Below are positions 18,325-27,542 of a DNA stretch of 37,681 bases, piece by piece. This DNA comes from Myxococcota bacterium (GTDB lineage: Bacteria > Myxococcota > JACRCW01): NCBI GenBank assembly GCA_040752415.1, contig JBFMGU010000088.1, positions 1 to 37,681 on the forward strand, given 5' to 3'. Both the position numbers and the translations under genes were made by a program. Positions within the stretch are counted from its first letter, which is position 1. Each line of letters begins with the position of its first letter. The notes beneath the pieces were generated by a model, which did not search any database, was not told the DNA's origin, and saw only the letters and a program-made list of their open reading frames with translations.

Positions 18325-18738
18325 ATGAAGAACCACGGATACGCACTGCTGCTGACCGCCCTGCTCTCCCTGGCCTGCGCCGACGACCAGCTGTGGGAGG
18401 GAGAGACGGACGACTGCACCGGCAACGTGCAGGACTTCAAGGTGATGCTGCTGCTGGATTCTCCCATGCCCCCGCAGCCCACCGGCTTCGTGGGCAAGGC
18501 GGATGACAGCCAGGATGACACGTGGAGCGTCACGGAGATCTCCGACGGGTCTTCCATGGGTCCCACGCTCATCATCGAGGCCACGTTCAACAACGGGCTG
18601 GTGACGGAGAAGTGGAAGCTGGAGCTTTCGCAGTCCGGTCCCGGCACGCTGGAGGGAGAGCTGGACGCCGACGGCAACGCGGGCAACGTCTTCAACTACG
18701 ACTACAAGTGCGACGTGAAGCTGGAGCGCACGCACTGA
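18325..18738 (+). CDS. Small acidic lipoprotein, hypothetical
   Basis: Lipobox LSLAC; strong GC3 bias; two further Cys that could form a disulfide. Confidence 0.75.
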   Translation: MKNHGYALLLTALLSLACADDQLWEGETDDCTGNVQDFKVMLLLDSPMPPQPTGFVGKADDSQDDTWSVTEISDGSSMGPTLIIEATFNNGLVTEKWKLELSQSGPGTLEGELDADGNAGNVFNYDYKCDVKLERTH

Positions 18739-19182
18739 GCCTTGCGCCCGTTCCTGCTCCGGTGGCTCAGCGCTCAACCCGCACTCTCCACCTGGCCTCG
18801 TGAACGGCGGGGGCGAAGGCGTGCACTGGAGAAGGATGAGACGCCCTCGCCAGCGTCCGGGCTGGGGAGGCAGCCACGAGGGGCAATCTGCGCATCGTTC
18901 AGCAACAGCCGGCCTGGGGTATTGCGGTGTTGGGCCCGGTGATGGTCAACGTGGTGAAGCAGGGAATCACGCTGGAGTTCCTGGATGCCGTCCACGCCGC
19001 GAGGTGGCTGCATCCCTACGCGGGAATGCCGGATGCCGCTGCCTTGCTGGCCGCCGCGAACGAATTCAGGGCGAAGTTCCTCAAGTAGACATCCGGACCG
19101 CGCTGCCGTGGCGTCGACGCGGGTCCTCTTGTGGCCGCCGCTCACCCGCGCCTACCCTCACCGCCGACGAAGGGAGACGAAC

Positions 19183-19758
19183 ATGAAGCGCGTGCTTGCT
19201 CCGCTGGTGCTGTGGGCGTTGGTGGCGTGCGGTGGCTCCAAGGCAGAACAGAAACCCGACGAAACCCCCGCCGCACCAGGCGGCGTCGACTTCAAGGCGA
19301 TGCTGGCGCGCGAGGTGGGACCGCTGCAGCCGCAGGACGTGTCGTCGGAGAACTTGTGGTTTGCGGGGAAGATCGAAGGGACGGGACCCGTCACCATCAC
19401 GCCAGTGAACGAGAAGTACCAGGGCACCGTGAGCAGCAAGGAAGTGAAGGGAAGCCTGAAGGTGCAGGACGCCAAGGGCGTGACGTCGGAAAGGCTGCTG
19501 CGCCAGGCCATGCTGAAGGTGGTGGGAGGCCAGATTCCGGAGGTGACCGCGGAGCGCTACATGGCGGGGACCAACCCCACCGCACCCGTGCTCATGCGCG
19601 TGCGCAAGGGGACCGCGCCCAACCAGCTCGTCCTCACCGTGGAGGGTGCGGACATCTCCGTGGTCATTGATTCCCAGGGAACCGCGGAACGCACCGAGCT
19701 GCAGGTGGGCAGCGGCACGGTGATCACCGAGCGCATCTTCCAACGGGGTACGTTTTGA
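19183..19758 (+). CDS. Hypothetical lipoprotein, apparent short paralog of 16944-18233
   Basis: GGGAG RBS; lipobox LVAC; N- and C-terminal similarity to the 16944 protein. Confidence 0.7.
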   Translation: MKRVLAPLVLWALVACGGSKAEQKPDETPAAPGGVDFKAMLAREVGPLQPQDVSSENLWFAGKIEGTGPVTITPVNEKYQGTVSSKEVKGSLKVQDAKGVTSERLLRQAMLKVVGGQIPEVTAERYMAGTNPTAPVLMRVRKGTAPNQLVLTVEGADISVVIDSQGTAERTELQVGSGTVITERIFQRGTF

Positions 19759-20501
19759 GGAACGCGTTGCTCCTGGCGCTGGTTCTCGCCTCCGTCGAGG
19801 GCAAGGACCGCACGAAGCCGCTGCACGTCTTTGACGTCGTCAGTGCGGATGGAACGCGGCTGGATGGCCCGCGCATGCCCCGCGTTGTCCTGGTGCTGCA
19901 GAAGGCGGGCATCCCGCTGGAGGTACTCAAGCGCAGCCCCGCGCCCACGGTGAACGAGAACCTGGTCGTCATTGACGACGTGCGCCTGCTCCGCGCGACC
20001 GACCCGCCAGGCGAGGCCCACCGCCGCCCCTCGTTCGTGATCGACTACGACGAGAAATCGTTCGCCCCCGTGGCACAGGCGGCGGCTTCGGCGGGCAAAC
20101 AGCCCAACGCGCTCCGCCAGATGGTGCGTGGATACATCACCAACAAGAGCGGCCAGCGGGGGTTCGACCCGGCGTCGGTGGTGGCGGTGCGGAAGGAAGG
20201 TGATTGCACGGAGCACGCCGTCCTCCTGGCCGCGGCCGCGCGCAGCGTGGGGCTTCCCGCGCGGGTGGTCCTGGGGATTGTGCTGGTGCAGGGGAAGAAG
20301 ACCGTCGGCGGCATCGGACACGCGTGGACCGAGATCCACGACGGAACCGGGTGGCAGGTCGTCGACGCCGCGCTCCCCGACGATCCGACACCGCGGGTGT
20401 ACGTGCCATTCAGCGTCATGACCGACGAAGGACCGGGCTTCCGGCTCACCGGCGTCGCAGCGCTCCACGTGCGCCAGGTGCGGCTGGAGCCGCGACCGTA
20501 G
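19755..20501 (+). CDS. Exported transglutaminase-like (Cys-His-Asp) protein
   Basis: GDCTEHA, GLPARVVLG, HAWTE, WQVVDA; short hydrophobic N-terminus; TTG start overlaps the upstream stop. Confidence 0.88.
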   Translation: MRNALLLALVLASVEGKDRTKPLHVFDVVSADGTRLDGPRMPRVVLVLQKAGIPLEVLKRSPAPTVNENLVVIDDVRLLRATDPPGEAHRRPSFVIDYDEKSFAPVAQAAASAGKQPNALRQMVRGYITNKSGQRGFDPASVVAVRKEGDCTEHAVLLAAAARSVGLPARVVLGIVLVQGKKTVGGIGHAWTEIHDGTGWQVVDAALPDDPTPRVYVPFSVMTDEGPGFRLTGVAALHVRQVRLEPRP

Positions 20502-20547
20502 GCTGGCGACTCCTTCCCCTGCCAATGATTGGGTGCGGCTTTCCACC

Positions 20548-21093
20548 TCATCCGTCGGGGTGGGACACCGACTTGTGCAGGCTGGCCTTCTCGCCAAAGT
20601 GGTCAGCCAGGTCCGAGACGAAGCTCTCCAGCGAGGACGTGTAGCCCACCACGTAGTGCGCGGTGGCCCGCATCACCGGGTCGTGGATCACGCCATCCTC
20701 GGTGGCCTCCACGTCGGAGCCGGAGCCGCTCTGCGCAATCGTCCAGGTCCAGCTGCCGGAGAAGTCGTCGTCGTCCAGGAGCGTCACCAGCTTGCCGGGG
20801 CGCGTGGCTTCGGGCGGCGTACTCTCCGACACCACCAGGCGCATCACCCCTTGGCGCATGTGCATGTCCCAGACGGGCCGTCCCTCCGCGTCGTCCGCCT
20901 GGCGCACCATGCGGTCCACCTGCGTGGCCCACTGCGGCCAGTGCTCCAGGTCGGCCACCACCGTGAACACGTCGCCCGGGGCGGCCTTCAGCGTGGTGCC
21001 CACCGTGGCCACGTGGCGCGCGGGGACGTCCGCGCAGGAGAGCAGGGAAAAGGCGCACGACAGCAGCAACGGGAGCGCGGCGTCTCGACCCAT
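20548..21093 (-). CDS. SRPBCC/polyketide cyclase-like protein, possibly a lipoprotein
   Basis: APGDVFTVVADLEHWPQW, FSGSWTWTI, C-terminal helix; LLSC after a hydrophobic stretch. Start uncertain (21093-21120). Confidence 0.8.
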   Translation of the reverse strand: MGRDAALPLLLSCAFSLLSCADVPARHVATVGTTLKAAPGDVFTVVADLEHWPQWATQVDRMVRQADDAEGRPVWDMHMRQGVMRLVVSESTPPEATRPGKLVTLLDDDDFSGSWTWTIAQSGSGSDVEATEDGVIHDPVMRATAHYVVGYTSSLESFVSDLADHFGEKASLHKSVSHPDG

Positions 21094-21173
21094 CGGAGGC
21101 GCTTTCACTACCATCGGCAAACGTCGCTGTCGCCGCGCAGCCGCCTCTTGCTGCAGCGGGGTAGAGTGGCCTC

Positions 21174-21965
21174 ATGACCATCATCACGCTGCTGACGGAC
21201 TTCGGGCTCCGGGACCCGTTCGTGGGCGTCATGAAGGGCGTGATCCTGGGCATTGCACCCAACGCTCGCCTCGTGGACCTCAGCCACGACGTCCCGCCGC
21301 AGGACATTGCCACCGGTGCGCGCATGCTTGCGTGGTCGGTGCGGTACTTCCCGGCGGGGAGCATCCACGTGGCGGTGGTGGATCCGGGCGTGGGCAGCAC
21401 ACGCGCGGCGGTGGCGGTGCAGGCGGGAGACCAGGTCCTGGTGGGCCCGGACAACGGCCTCTTCACCGCGGTGCTCCGTCGTCATCGGCTCCAACGCGCG
21501 GTCCGGCTGGAGAACCCGGCGTACCAACGCCACCCCGTCAGCAGCACCTTCCACGGCCGCGACGTCTTCGCGCCTGTGGCCGCGCACCTGGCCAGCGGCG
21601 TGCCGTTGGAGGCCCTGGGCCCCGTGACGACGGACGTGAACCTCCTGGACCTTTCCCAGCCGCTGCGGCGCGGGCGTGAGCTCGTGGCCCACGTTGTCCA
21701 CGTGGACACGTTCGGGAACCTGGTGCTGGACCTGGAGGTGGAGGCGTTGCGGGAGGCGGCGGCGGGTGGCGAGTGCCGGTTCCGCGTGGGGGACCGCGTG
21801 ATCGACGGGCTAAGTCGAACCTACGCGGACGTGCGGGAGGGAGCGCTGCTGGCCTACCCCGGCAGCCAGGACGACGTGGAGATTGGCATCCGCAACGGCA
21901 GCGCCGCCCGCGCGCTGGGCGTTGGCACGGGAGCCGAGGTCATCGTGGAGCTCCCCAGGGAATGA
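21174..21965 (+). CDS. SAM hydroxide adenosyltransferase (DUF62; fluorinase/chlorinase superfamily)
   Basis: ITLLTDFG, MKGVI, VVDPGVG, GPDNG, STFHGRDVFAP, VDTFGN, GSAA. Confidence 0.93.
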   Translation: MTIITLLTDFGLRDPFVGVMKGVILGIAPNARLVDLSHDVPPQDIATGARMLAWSVRYFPAGSIHVAVVDPGVGSTRAAVAVQAGDQVLVGPDNGLFTAVLRRHRLQRAVRLENPAYQRHPVSSTFHGRDVFAPVAAHLASGVPLEALGPVTTDVNLLDLSQPLRRGRELVAHVVHVDTFGNLVLDLEVEALREAAAGGECRFRVGDRVIDGLSRTYADVREGALLAYPGSQDDVEIGIRNGSAARALGVGTGAEVIVELPRE

Positions 21966-22065
21966 TTCTCTTGACCCTCGCCGCCGCCCGTCCCAGACTC
22001 CGTTGATAATCAGCGATTTCCGGGCAGTGGCCGCGTAACGGGTTGGCCCTCCCCGCGGGGCATGC

Positions 22066-23541
22066 GTGACCAACACCGACGCGACAACGAAGGCCGATCA
22101 CGACGACGCATTGGAAGTGGACGTCGAGGACGCACTGGTTGCGGAAGAGGAAGCCGTGGCCCTTCCCGGCGCGCCGCCACCCCTCCCCGCCGACGCCAAG
22201 CCGCCCCCCATCCCGGTGGAGGAGGAGCACGTGGAGGAGGAGGCCGAAGCGGAGGCGATGCCTGCCCTCCCCGCGCCCAAGAAGGGGAAGAAGAAGGACA
22301 AGGAGAAGGAGAAGTCCGCCAGGCCCCGCGCCGACGACGACACCGGCACCGCCAAGCTGCTGGCGGAGGCCCTGGCGGAGAAGGTCAAGGCCCAGCAGTC
22401 TCTGCATGAGTCGGAAGTGCGCGTCACCGAGCTGGAGCGAAAGCTCAAGGACGCGGACGCGCGGGCACAGGAACAGCAGCAACGGCTGGAGCAGGTGCAG
22501 AAGAGCCTGGCTGCGGCGGAGGCGCGTGAGCGCGAGGCGCTGGAGCGTTCCAGCCCGGCTGGCGACGACACCGCGCGGCAACTGCGTGCCTTGCGCGAGG
22601 AGCTGGAGGCCACCAAGGCCACGCTGGAGGACAACTTCACGGAAGTGGCCGGGCTGCGCGTGAAGATTGGCCGGCTGGAAGACGAGCTGGCCGGCGAGAA
22701 GGACGCGCGCACCGCCGCGGAATCCCGCGCCGCCAGCGCGGAGACCACCTCCGCGGGCACCGCTGCCGACGTGGCGGCCCGCGAGGCGCAGCTGGCCCAG
22801 GCGCGCGCGGAGCTGCAATCCGCCCTGCAGAGCGTCACCGAGGCGCGACACGAGGCCACGCTGGTGCGGGAGCAGCTGCAGGCCCGCGAGCAGGAGCTGA
22901 CGCAGCGCGCCGGCGAGATTGACGCCCTGACCTCCAAGCTGGAAGCGGCCAGCGCGCTGGGCGACGTGGCCCGCGCCGACGCCGAACGACTGCGCGAGGA
23001 CCTGGAGCGTGCCCACGCCGAGAACGTGAAGCTCCAGGAGACCCTGCAGAGGGAGCGCGAGGCGCGGGTGGCGCTGGAGACCATGGCGGGCGGCACCAAG
23101 GAGAGCATGGAGCTGGCGCAGCAGGCCTGGCAGCGGGAGAAGGGGATCCTGACCACGTCATTGCGCGAGGCCGAGGAACGCGCCACGCGCGCGGTGCAGG
23201 AAGGTCAGTCCGCCGTCACCAAGGCGGAGCTGCTCACCAAGGAACGGGAGCGCGACGCGCTGGAGCTGCAGAAGCTGCAACGCTCGCTCTCGGAGGCGGA
23301 GACGGAGCGCAAGGAGGCCATGGAGCGCGCGCGCAAGGCGGAGCGCGAGGCCAAGGTCCGCGAGAAGGAGTTGGAGGCGCTCACCGACGAGCGCAAGCAG
23401 TGGCGCGCCTCCAAGCCGCCGCCCGGTGCCTCCGACGCCAAGCTCTCCGACGAGCTGGCCGCCGCGCAGAAGCGTCTCCAGCAGGCCAACGAGGAGATCA
23501 AGCGCCTGCGCGACGAGCTGATGGCGGTGGGCCGCAAGTAG
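22066..23541 (+). CDS. Long coiled-coil protein with acidic/Pro-rich N-terminus
   Basis: About 390 aa of E/A/R/L/K heptad-like sequence; no Walker motifs; strong GC3 bias in this frame. Confidence 0.8.
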   Translation: MTNTDATTKADHDDALEVDVEDALVAEEEAVALPGAPPPLPADAKPPPIPVEEEHVEEEAEAEAMPALPAPKKGKKKDKEKEKSARPRADDDTGTAKLLAEALAEKVKAQQSLHESEVRVTELERKLKDADARAQEQQQRLEQVQKSLAAAEAREREALERSSPAGDDTARQLRALREELEATKATLEDNFTEVAGLRVKIGRLEDELAGEKDARTAAESRAASAETTSAGTAADVAAREAQLAQARAELQSALQSVTEARHEATLVREQLQAREQELTQRAGEIDALTSKLEAASALGDVARADAERLREDLERAHAENVKLQETLQREREARVALETMAGGTKESMELAQQAWQREKGILTTSLREAEERATRAVQEGQSAVTKAELLTKERERDALELQKLQRSLSEAETERKEAMERARKAEREAKVREKELEALTDERKQWRASKPPPGASDAKLSDELAAAQKRLQQANEEIKRLRDELMAVGRK

Positions 23542-23554
23542 ATCATCGCCCCGT

Positions 23555-23719
23555 CGGGCCACAACCTGGAGCGCGGCGGGCCCTCGCCGCCCTGGCCAGC
23601 GTCCCGTGCGTCGTCGGTGGGACGAAACGTCTCGCGGATGGTGGACCCTTGGCGGTTGGGCAACCCGGGCGGCTCTGACCAGGGCGGCGAGGGCCCGCCG
23701 CACTCCAGGTTGTGGTCCG
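23555..23719. repeat. Second REPIN-like inverted repeat doublet (45-bp arms, 75-nt spacer)
   Basis: 23555-23599 is the reverse complement of 23675-23719 with 3 mismatches. Core CTGGAG(C/T)GCGGCGGGCCCTCGCCGCCCTGG; lies between convergent genes. Confidence 0.85.
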
Positions 23720-23774
23720 CTTGCGTGCAGTCAGCAACCCATGGGGCGATTTGTTCCCACGTCCGCCCGAAGCC

Positions 23775-24710
23775 TCAACGCACCACTGGCGAGGCGTGGG
23801 GCAGCACGGGGGTGTCGGCGTGGAGCTCCGTGCCCCCACGCTCCAGCGGGTCATCCAGCAGCACGCAGGGCACCGTGGGCGCCTCCTTCTGGAGATGCGC
23901 AATGTCCCGTCGTCCCTCCGTCACGAAGAACGCAATGTGGATGCCCTGCTGCTGCCAGGCCTCCATCATCTGCTCCTTGAACGGCGCGGTACGCATGCCC
24001 AGGCCCGGCTTGCAGTACAGGTTGTCCGCGTCTCCGTCGGGGAGCCCGGCGCGCACCAGCTGAGCCAGCGAGGCCTCGTGCAGTGCCGTCACGCGTCCCG
24101 TCAGGTAGACAATCTCCGCTCCCGCGCTCTTGGCCGCGTGCGCCAGGGCCGCCATGTGCGGCATGGGCGTGTCGTGCACCATGTTGGCGCCGTCCCAGAA
24201 ACCCTTGTCCCAGAACGCCCGGAAATCCTCCACCACGTTCGCGGGAAGGCCCATCCGCTCCGCGGTGTGCTTGCCGTCGCGACCCACGTCCTCGACGCGC
24301 AGGTTGGCAAAATGGCTGGTGCCGCGCGCCTTGTCATACGCGTGGGCCACGGCCACGGTGCGCACACGCGTGTCAAACAGCGTGTTGTCCAGGTCAAACA
24401 CCACGCGGACCTTCTCGCCGCGCGCGGTGCGCTCCCGGATGTCCTTGAGGGCCGCGTGGCAGAACGCAATCCCGTCAGCGGGAGAGGCCACCGGGGCGGT
24501 GGGGTCCTTCAACGCCTGCATGCGCAGGTCAAACGCGCGGGACCCGTGGGCGCTGGGCATCCCCTTGCGCGCAAAGTCCGACGCTGACGGGATGGGCGCG
24601 GACTGACCCGCCGGCACCTTCTCCGACGGAACCTGCACCTCCTGAGGCTGCCCCACGCCGGTGATCGGGCTGGAGATGCCGGTCTGGATGGGCCTGGCTG
24701 TCACGCGCAT
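23775..24710 (-). CDS. HAD-superfamily hydrolase
   Basis: Motif I VVFDLDNTLFD, motif II YLTGR, a conserved Lys, atypical motif IV (VTEGRRD). Start uncertain. Confidence 0.75.
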   Translation of the reverse strand: MRVTARPIQTGISSPITGVGQPQEVQVPSEKVPAGQSAPIPSASDFARKGMPSAHGSRAFDLRMQALKDPTAPVASPADGIAFCHAALKDIRERTARGEKVRVVFDLDNTLFDTRVRTVAVAHAYDKARGTSHFANLRVEDVGRDGKHTAERMGLPANVVEDFRAFWDKGFWDGANMVHDTPMPHMAALAHAAKSAGAEIVYLTGRVTALHEASLAQLVRAGLPDGDADNLYCKPGLGMRTAPFKEQMMEAWQQQGIHIAFFVTEGRRDIAHLQKEAPTVPCVLLDDPLERGGTELHADTPVLPHASPVVR

Positions 24711-24786
24711 GGGAAGAACCATACCCGCGCCAAAGTCCGTGGTGAAGCGTTGGCGGCTCCGCCGGGTGGCTGTTACGGAGCCCCGC

Positions 24787-25647
24787 ATGGAGAGTGTGTC
24801 GGAGCTGATGGAAGCGTGCGAGGCGTTGGCGCGGGGCGCGGGCGCAACGTTGCGGGAGCGGTGGAGCAAGCCGCGCACGGTGGAGCACAAGGGCCTCATT
24901 GACCTGGTCACCGACGCGGACAAGGCCAGCGAGGAATACCTGGTGACCCAGGTGCGCCAGCGTTTCCCCGCGCACTCCATCCTGGCGGAGGAGTCCGGCG
25001 CGCATGAGCAGCAGGGCGCTTCCGTGGTCTGGGTGATGGACCCGCTCGACGGCACCACCAACTACGCCCACGGCTTTCCGCACTTCAACGTCAGCGTGGC
25101 GGCGTGCACCGCGGCGCGCGGTCCGGCGCTGGCCGGGTGCGTGATGGATCCCCTGCGCAACGAGGCGTTTGTCGTTGGAAAAGGCCTGGGTGCCTGGCTG
25201 GTGACGACGCAGCCCAACGGACAGACCACGCGCACCCGCCTCCAGGTCACGCCGTGTGATGACCTCGGGAAATCACTCCTGGCGACGGGATTCCCCTACG
25301 ACCGCCACCGGCACGCCGACAACAACCACCCCGAGCACGACGCGCTCAGCCTGCGCTCCCAGGGTGTGCGTCGTCCGGGCGCGGCGGCGCTGGACCTGGC
25401 CTACGTGGCGGCGGGTCGTCTCGACGGATACTGGGAAGCGCACCTGTCCCCGTGGGACGTGGCGGCGGGCGCGTTGCTGGTGCTGGAGGCAGGTGGCGTC
25501 GTCACCGGATATGACGGCGTGCCCTTTGACGGCTCCCAGTCCGCGATCATCTCCGCCGGGCCCCGCCTGCACGCGGCGTTGCGTGAGGCGGTGCTGAACA
25601 CCCGTCGTCAACGGGGCTTCCCCGACGTGCCGGTGGCGCGCAAGTAG
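24787..25647 (+). CDS. suhB: Inositol monophosphatase family protein
   Basis: DLVTDAD, ILAEE, WVMDPLDGTTNYAH, ATGFPY, RRPGAAALDLAYVA, WDVAAG; GGAG RBS. Confidence 0.9.
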   Translation: MESVSELMEACEALARGAGATLRERWSKPRTVEHKGLIDLVTDADKASEEYLVTQVRQRFPAHSILAEESGAHEQQGASVVWVMDPLDGTTNYAHGFPHFNVSVAACTAARGPALAGCVMDPLRNEAFVVGKGLGAWLVTTQPNGQTTRTRLQVTPCDDLGKSLLATGFPYDRHRHADNNHPEHDALSLRSQGVRRPGAAALDLAYVAAGRLDGYWEAHLSPWDVAAGALLVLEAGGVVTGYDGVPFDGSQSAIISAGPRLHAALREAVLNTRRQRGFPDVPVARK

Positions 25648-25678
25648 TCGAAGCGGTGACGAAGCCGGGACGAAGCGA

Positions 25679-26539
25679 TCAGGAGAGCCGCTGGTGCATG
25701 AGGACCGCCGTGGCGCAGGCGCGCGAGCGGAACTCGTGGGTGGCGCGAACGCTGGCGGGTGCCTCGTCGCGCGGGATGGGCTCGAAACCGAGGCGGCGGA
25801 AGTACTCCGCGGCGCTGGTGGTGAGCAGGTAGACCTCGGTCACTCCCCGACGACGAAGCGCCACCCGCGCGTGCTCCACCAGCGCCTTGCCCAGCCCCTG
25901 CTTCTGGTGCGCGGGATGGACCGTCACGCTGCGCAGCAACGCATCCACGCCATGCTGCTCCCAGCCCAGGCAGGCCACCGGTTGCCCCTGGTGACGCACC
26001 ACCAGCATGCGGACCGGACCATCCTCCACCGACGGAACCGGCAACCCCGCGCCCTCCAGCAACGCCGCCACCGCGGGCTGCTCATGGAACGCCATGTCAT
26101 CCGCGACCATGCCCGGCGGCAGCAGCGTCACCGTCTCGCGACCACACGTGCCCATGACCGCGTCGGCCTCCACCTCGACGAGCATCCAGTCCTCGATCAG
26201 CGCACGCACCTCCACCATGCTCGTGGCCGGGCGGACGTGGCCCAGCAGCTCCGCGTGAGCGCGCCCCACCGCCTCCCAGTCGCGCGCGATGCGGGTGACG
26301 TAGAGCCGCGTACGCACCACGTCGACAAGGCTGGCCCCCACCGCGGCCAGCGCACGCTCGATGTTGCGCAGCGCCTGGACGGTCTGCGCGTAGGCATCTC
26401 CGTCGCCAACGTGCCCGCCGCCGGGGAGCGTGGCGGTGGTCCCGGTGACGTAGATGTGCTGCCCCGCCTTCACCAACCTCGAGTATCCGACGCGAGGTTC
26501 CCAGGGAGCGCCGGATGAGACGTGGATGCGCGTGGTCAT
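25679..26539 (-). CDS. Rid (YjgF/YER057c/UK114) domain fused to an ArsN2/ArgA-like GNAT acetyltransferase
   Basis: N-terminal [37 protein letters not shown]-terminal [32 protein letters not shown]-x4-C. GGAG RBS. Confidence 0.88.
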   Translation of the reverse strand: MTTRIHVSSGAPWEPRVGYSRLVKAGQHIYVTGTTATLPGGGHVGDGDAYAQTVQALRNIERALAAVGASLVDVVRTRLYVTRIARDWEAVGRAHAELLGHVRPATSMVEVRALIEDWMLVEVEADAVMGTCGRETVTLLPPGMVADDMAFHEQPAVAALLEGAGLPVPSVEDGPVRMLVVRHQGQPVACLGWEQHGVDALLRSVTVHPAHQKQGLGKALVEHARVALRRRGVTEVYLLTTSAAEYFRRLGFEPIPRDEAPASVRATHEFRSRACATAVLMHQRLS

Positions 26540-26603
26540 GGACGTTTCTCCGTCGTGGCGGGGCACGGGTAGCAGGATGCAGCCGGATGCTACCAGCGGT
26601 GGT

Positions 26604-26822
26604 TCAATCCGCGGAGCCCGCCTCACCCGTCGGTGGAGGACCGGCCTCGAAGCCTTCGCAGCGGGTCACCGGCAACCGGGGATAACGCGCATAGCGCGGG
26701 TCCTCCCTCGAGCGCCCACACAGCACAAAGACGCTCCCCCGCGCACTGACGACGGTGCGCACGTGCTGACAGCGCGCACACAGTCCCGCGTTGGGCGGGG
26801 GAGCCTGTTCCACGGTGCTCAC
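26604..26822 (-). CDS. Small conserved-looking four-Cys protein
   Basis: GLCARC...RGSVFVLC...[22 protein letters not shown] start overlaps the upstream stop (GTGA). Confidence 0.7.
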   Translation of the reverse strand: MSTVEQAPPPNAGLCARCQHVRTVVSARGSVFVLCGRSREDPRYARYPRLPVTRCEGFEAGPPPTGEAGSAD

Positions 26823-27376
26823 CGGGGAATGCGACCGAGGGGCAGCCGCTCCGTGCTCTCGTCGCCGGTGACGCTTTCAATGAGCATGGGCTCGAACGGC
26901 GGACGCTTGCCCTTGCCCAGGAACGCGGGTCGCCCCATGGGCTCGGTATCCTCACCCACGTCGAGATAGAGCGACGCGGCACGGCCCAGGACGGGCAACG
27001 CCACGGTCTCCACCGCCTCATACGCCTCCAGGCCCTCCGTGATGGAACAGCGCTCCATGAAGAAGCGGCGCAGTACGGGGAGGAACGACATCCCCGCCAT
27101 CACGAAGTCCTGGAGCGTGAATCCCGAGGACTGACGCAAGAGCGCCACGTCCTCGATGAGCTGCATCAGCCGCTGGTCCTCGCCTTTCTCCAGCAGCACC
27201 TCCACGCCGCCCAGCAGGCTCGAGAGGTTGCGCTCCAACGCGGTCTGGTCGACCTGGCGGTAACGCGGCACCAGACGCACCAGCTGGCGCGCAATGGCCT
27301 GGGAGATTCGCACGTGGTGGGACTTCATCAGCGCGGCGGCACGGAGCGACGCGGGCGTGGGCGTGAAGATGCTCAT
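26819..27376 (-). CDS. Hypothetical all-helical protein, RsbRD-N/globin-like sensor-type domain
   Basis: VPRY...L..N...LL...LL...RQSSGFTLQDF pattern resembles RsbRD_N-like domains; GGGAGG RBS before 27376. Confidence 0.55.
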   Translation of the reverse strand: MSIFTPTPASLRAAALMKSHHVRISQAIARQLVRLVPRYRQVDQTALERNLSSLLGGVEVLLEKGEDQRLMQLIEDVALLRQSSGFTLQDFVMAGMSFLPVLRRFFMERCSITEGLEAYEAVETVALPVLGRAASLYLDVGEDTEPMGRPAFLGKGKRPPFEPMLIESVTGDESTERLPLGRIPR

Positions 27377-27542
27377 CGGACCTCCCAGGTAGCGCAGCGC
27401 GCAGGCCCCCTCAAGGCAGACCGCGCCAGCTTGAGCGCCACGACGCACGCGCCCAGGCTCCGGTCATCCCCGTGGTTGAGCACGCGCCAGGGCGTTTGCT
27501 AACCACGAGCCGCCGCCCATCCGTGGTGGCAAGGACAACGAC

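Noticed and set aside
21174..21965. Fluorinase/chlorinase (halometabolite biosynthesis)
   Set aside because: Has the DUF62 hydrolase signature (TFHGRD) and no biosynthetic cluster context.
22066..23541. SMC/Wadjet-like ATPase
   Set aside because: No Walker A/B or signature motif.
27377..27542. thrL-type attenuator upstream of thrA
   Set aside because: No Thr/Ile-rich leader peptide and no hairpin with a U-tract.
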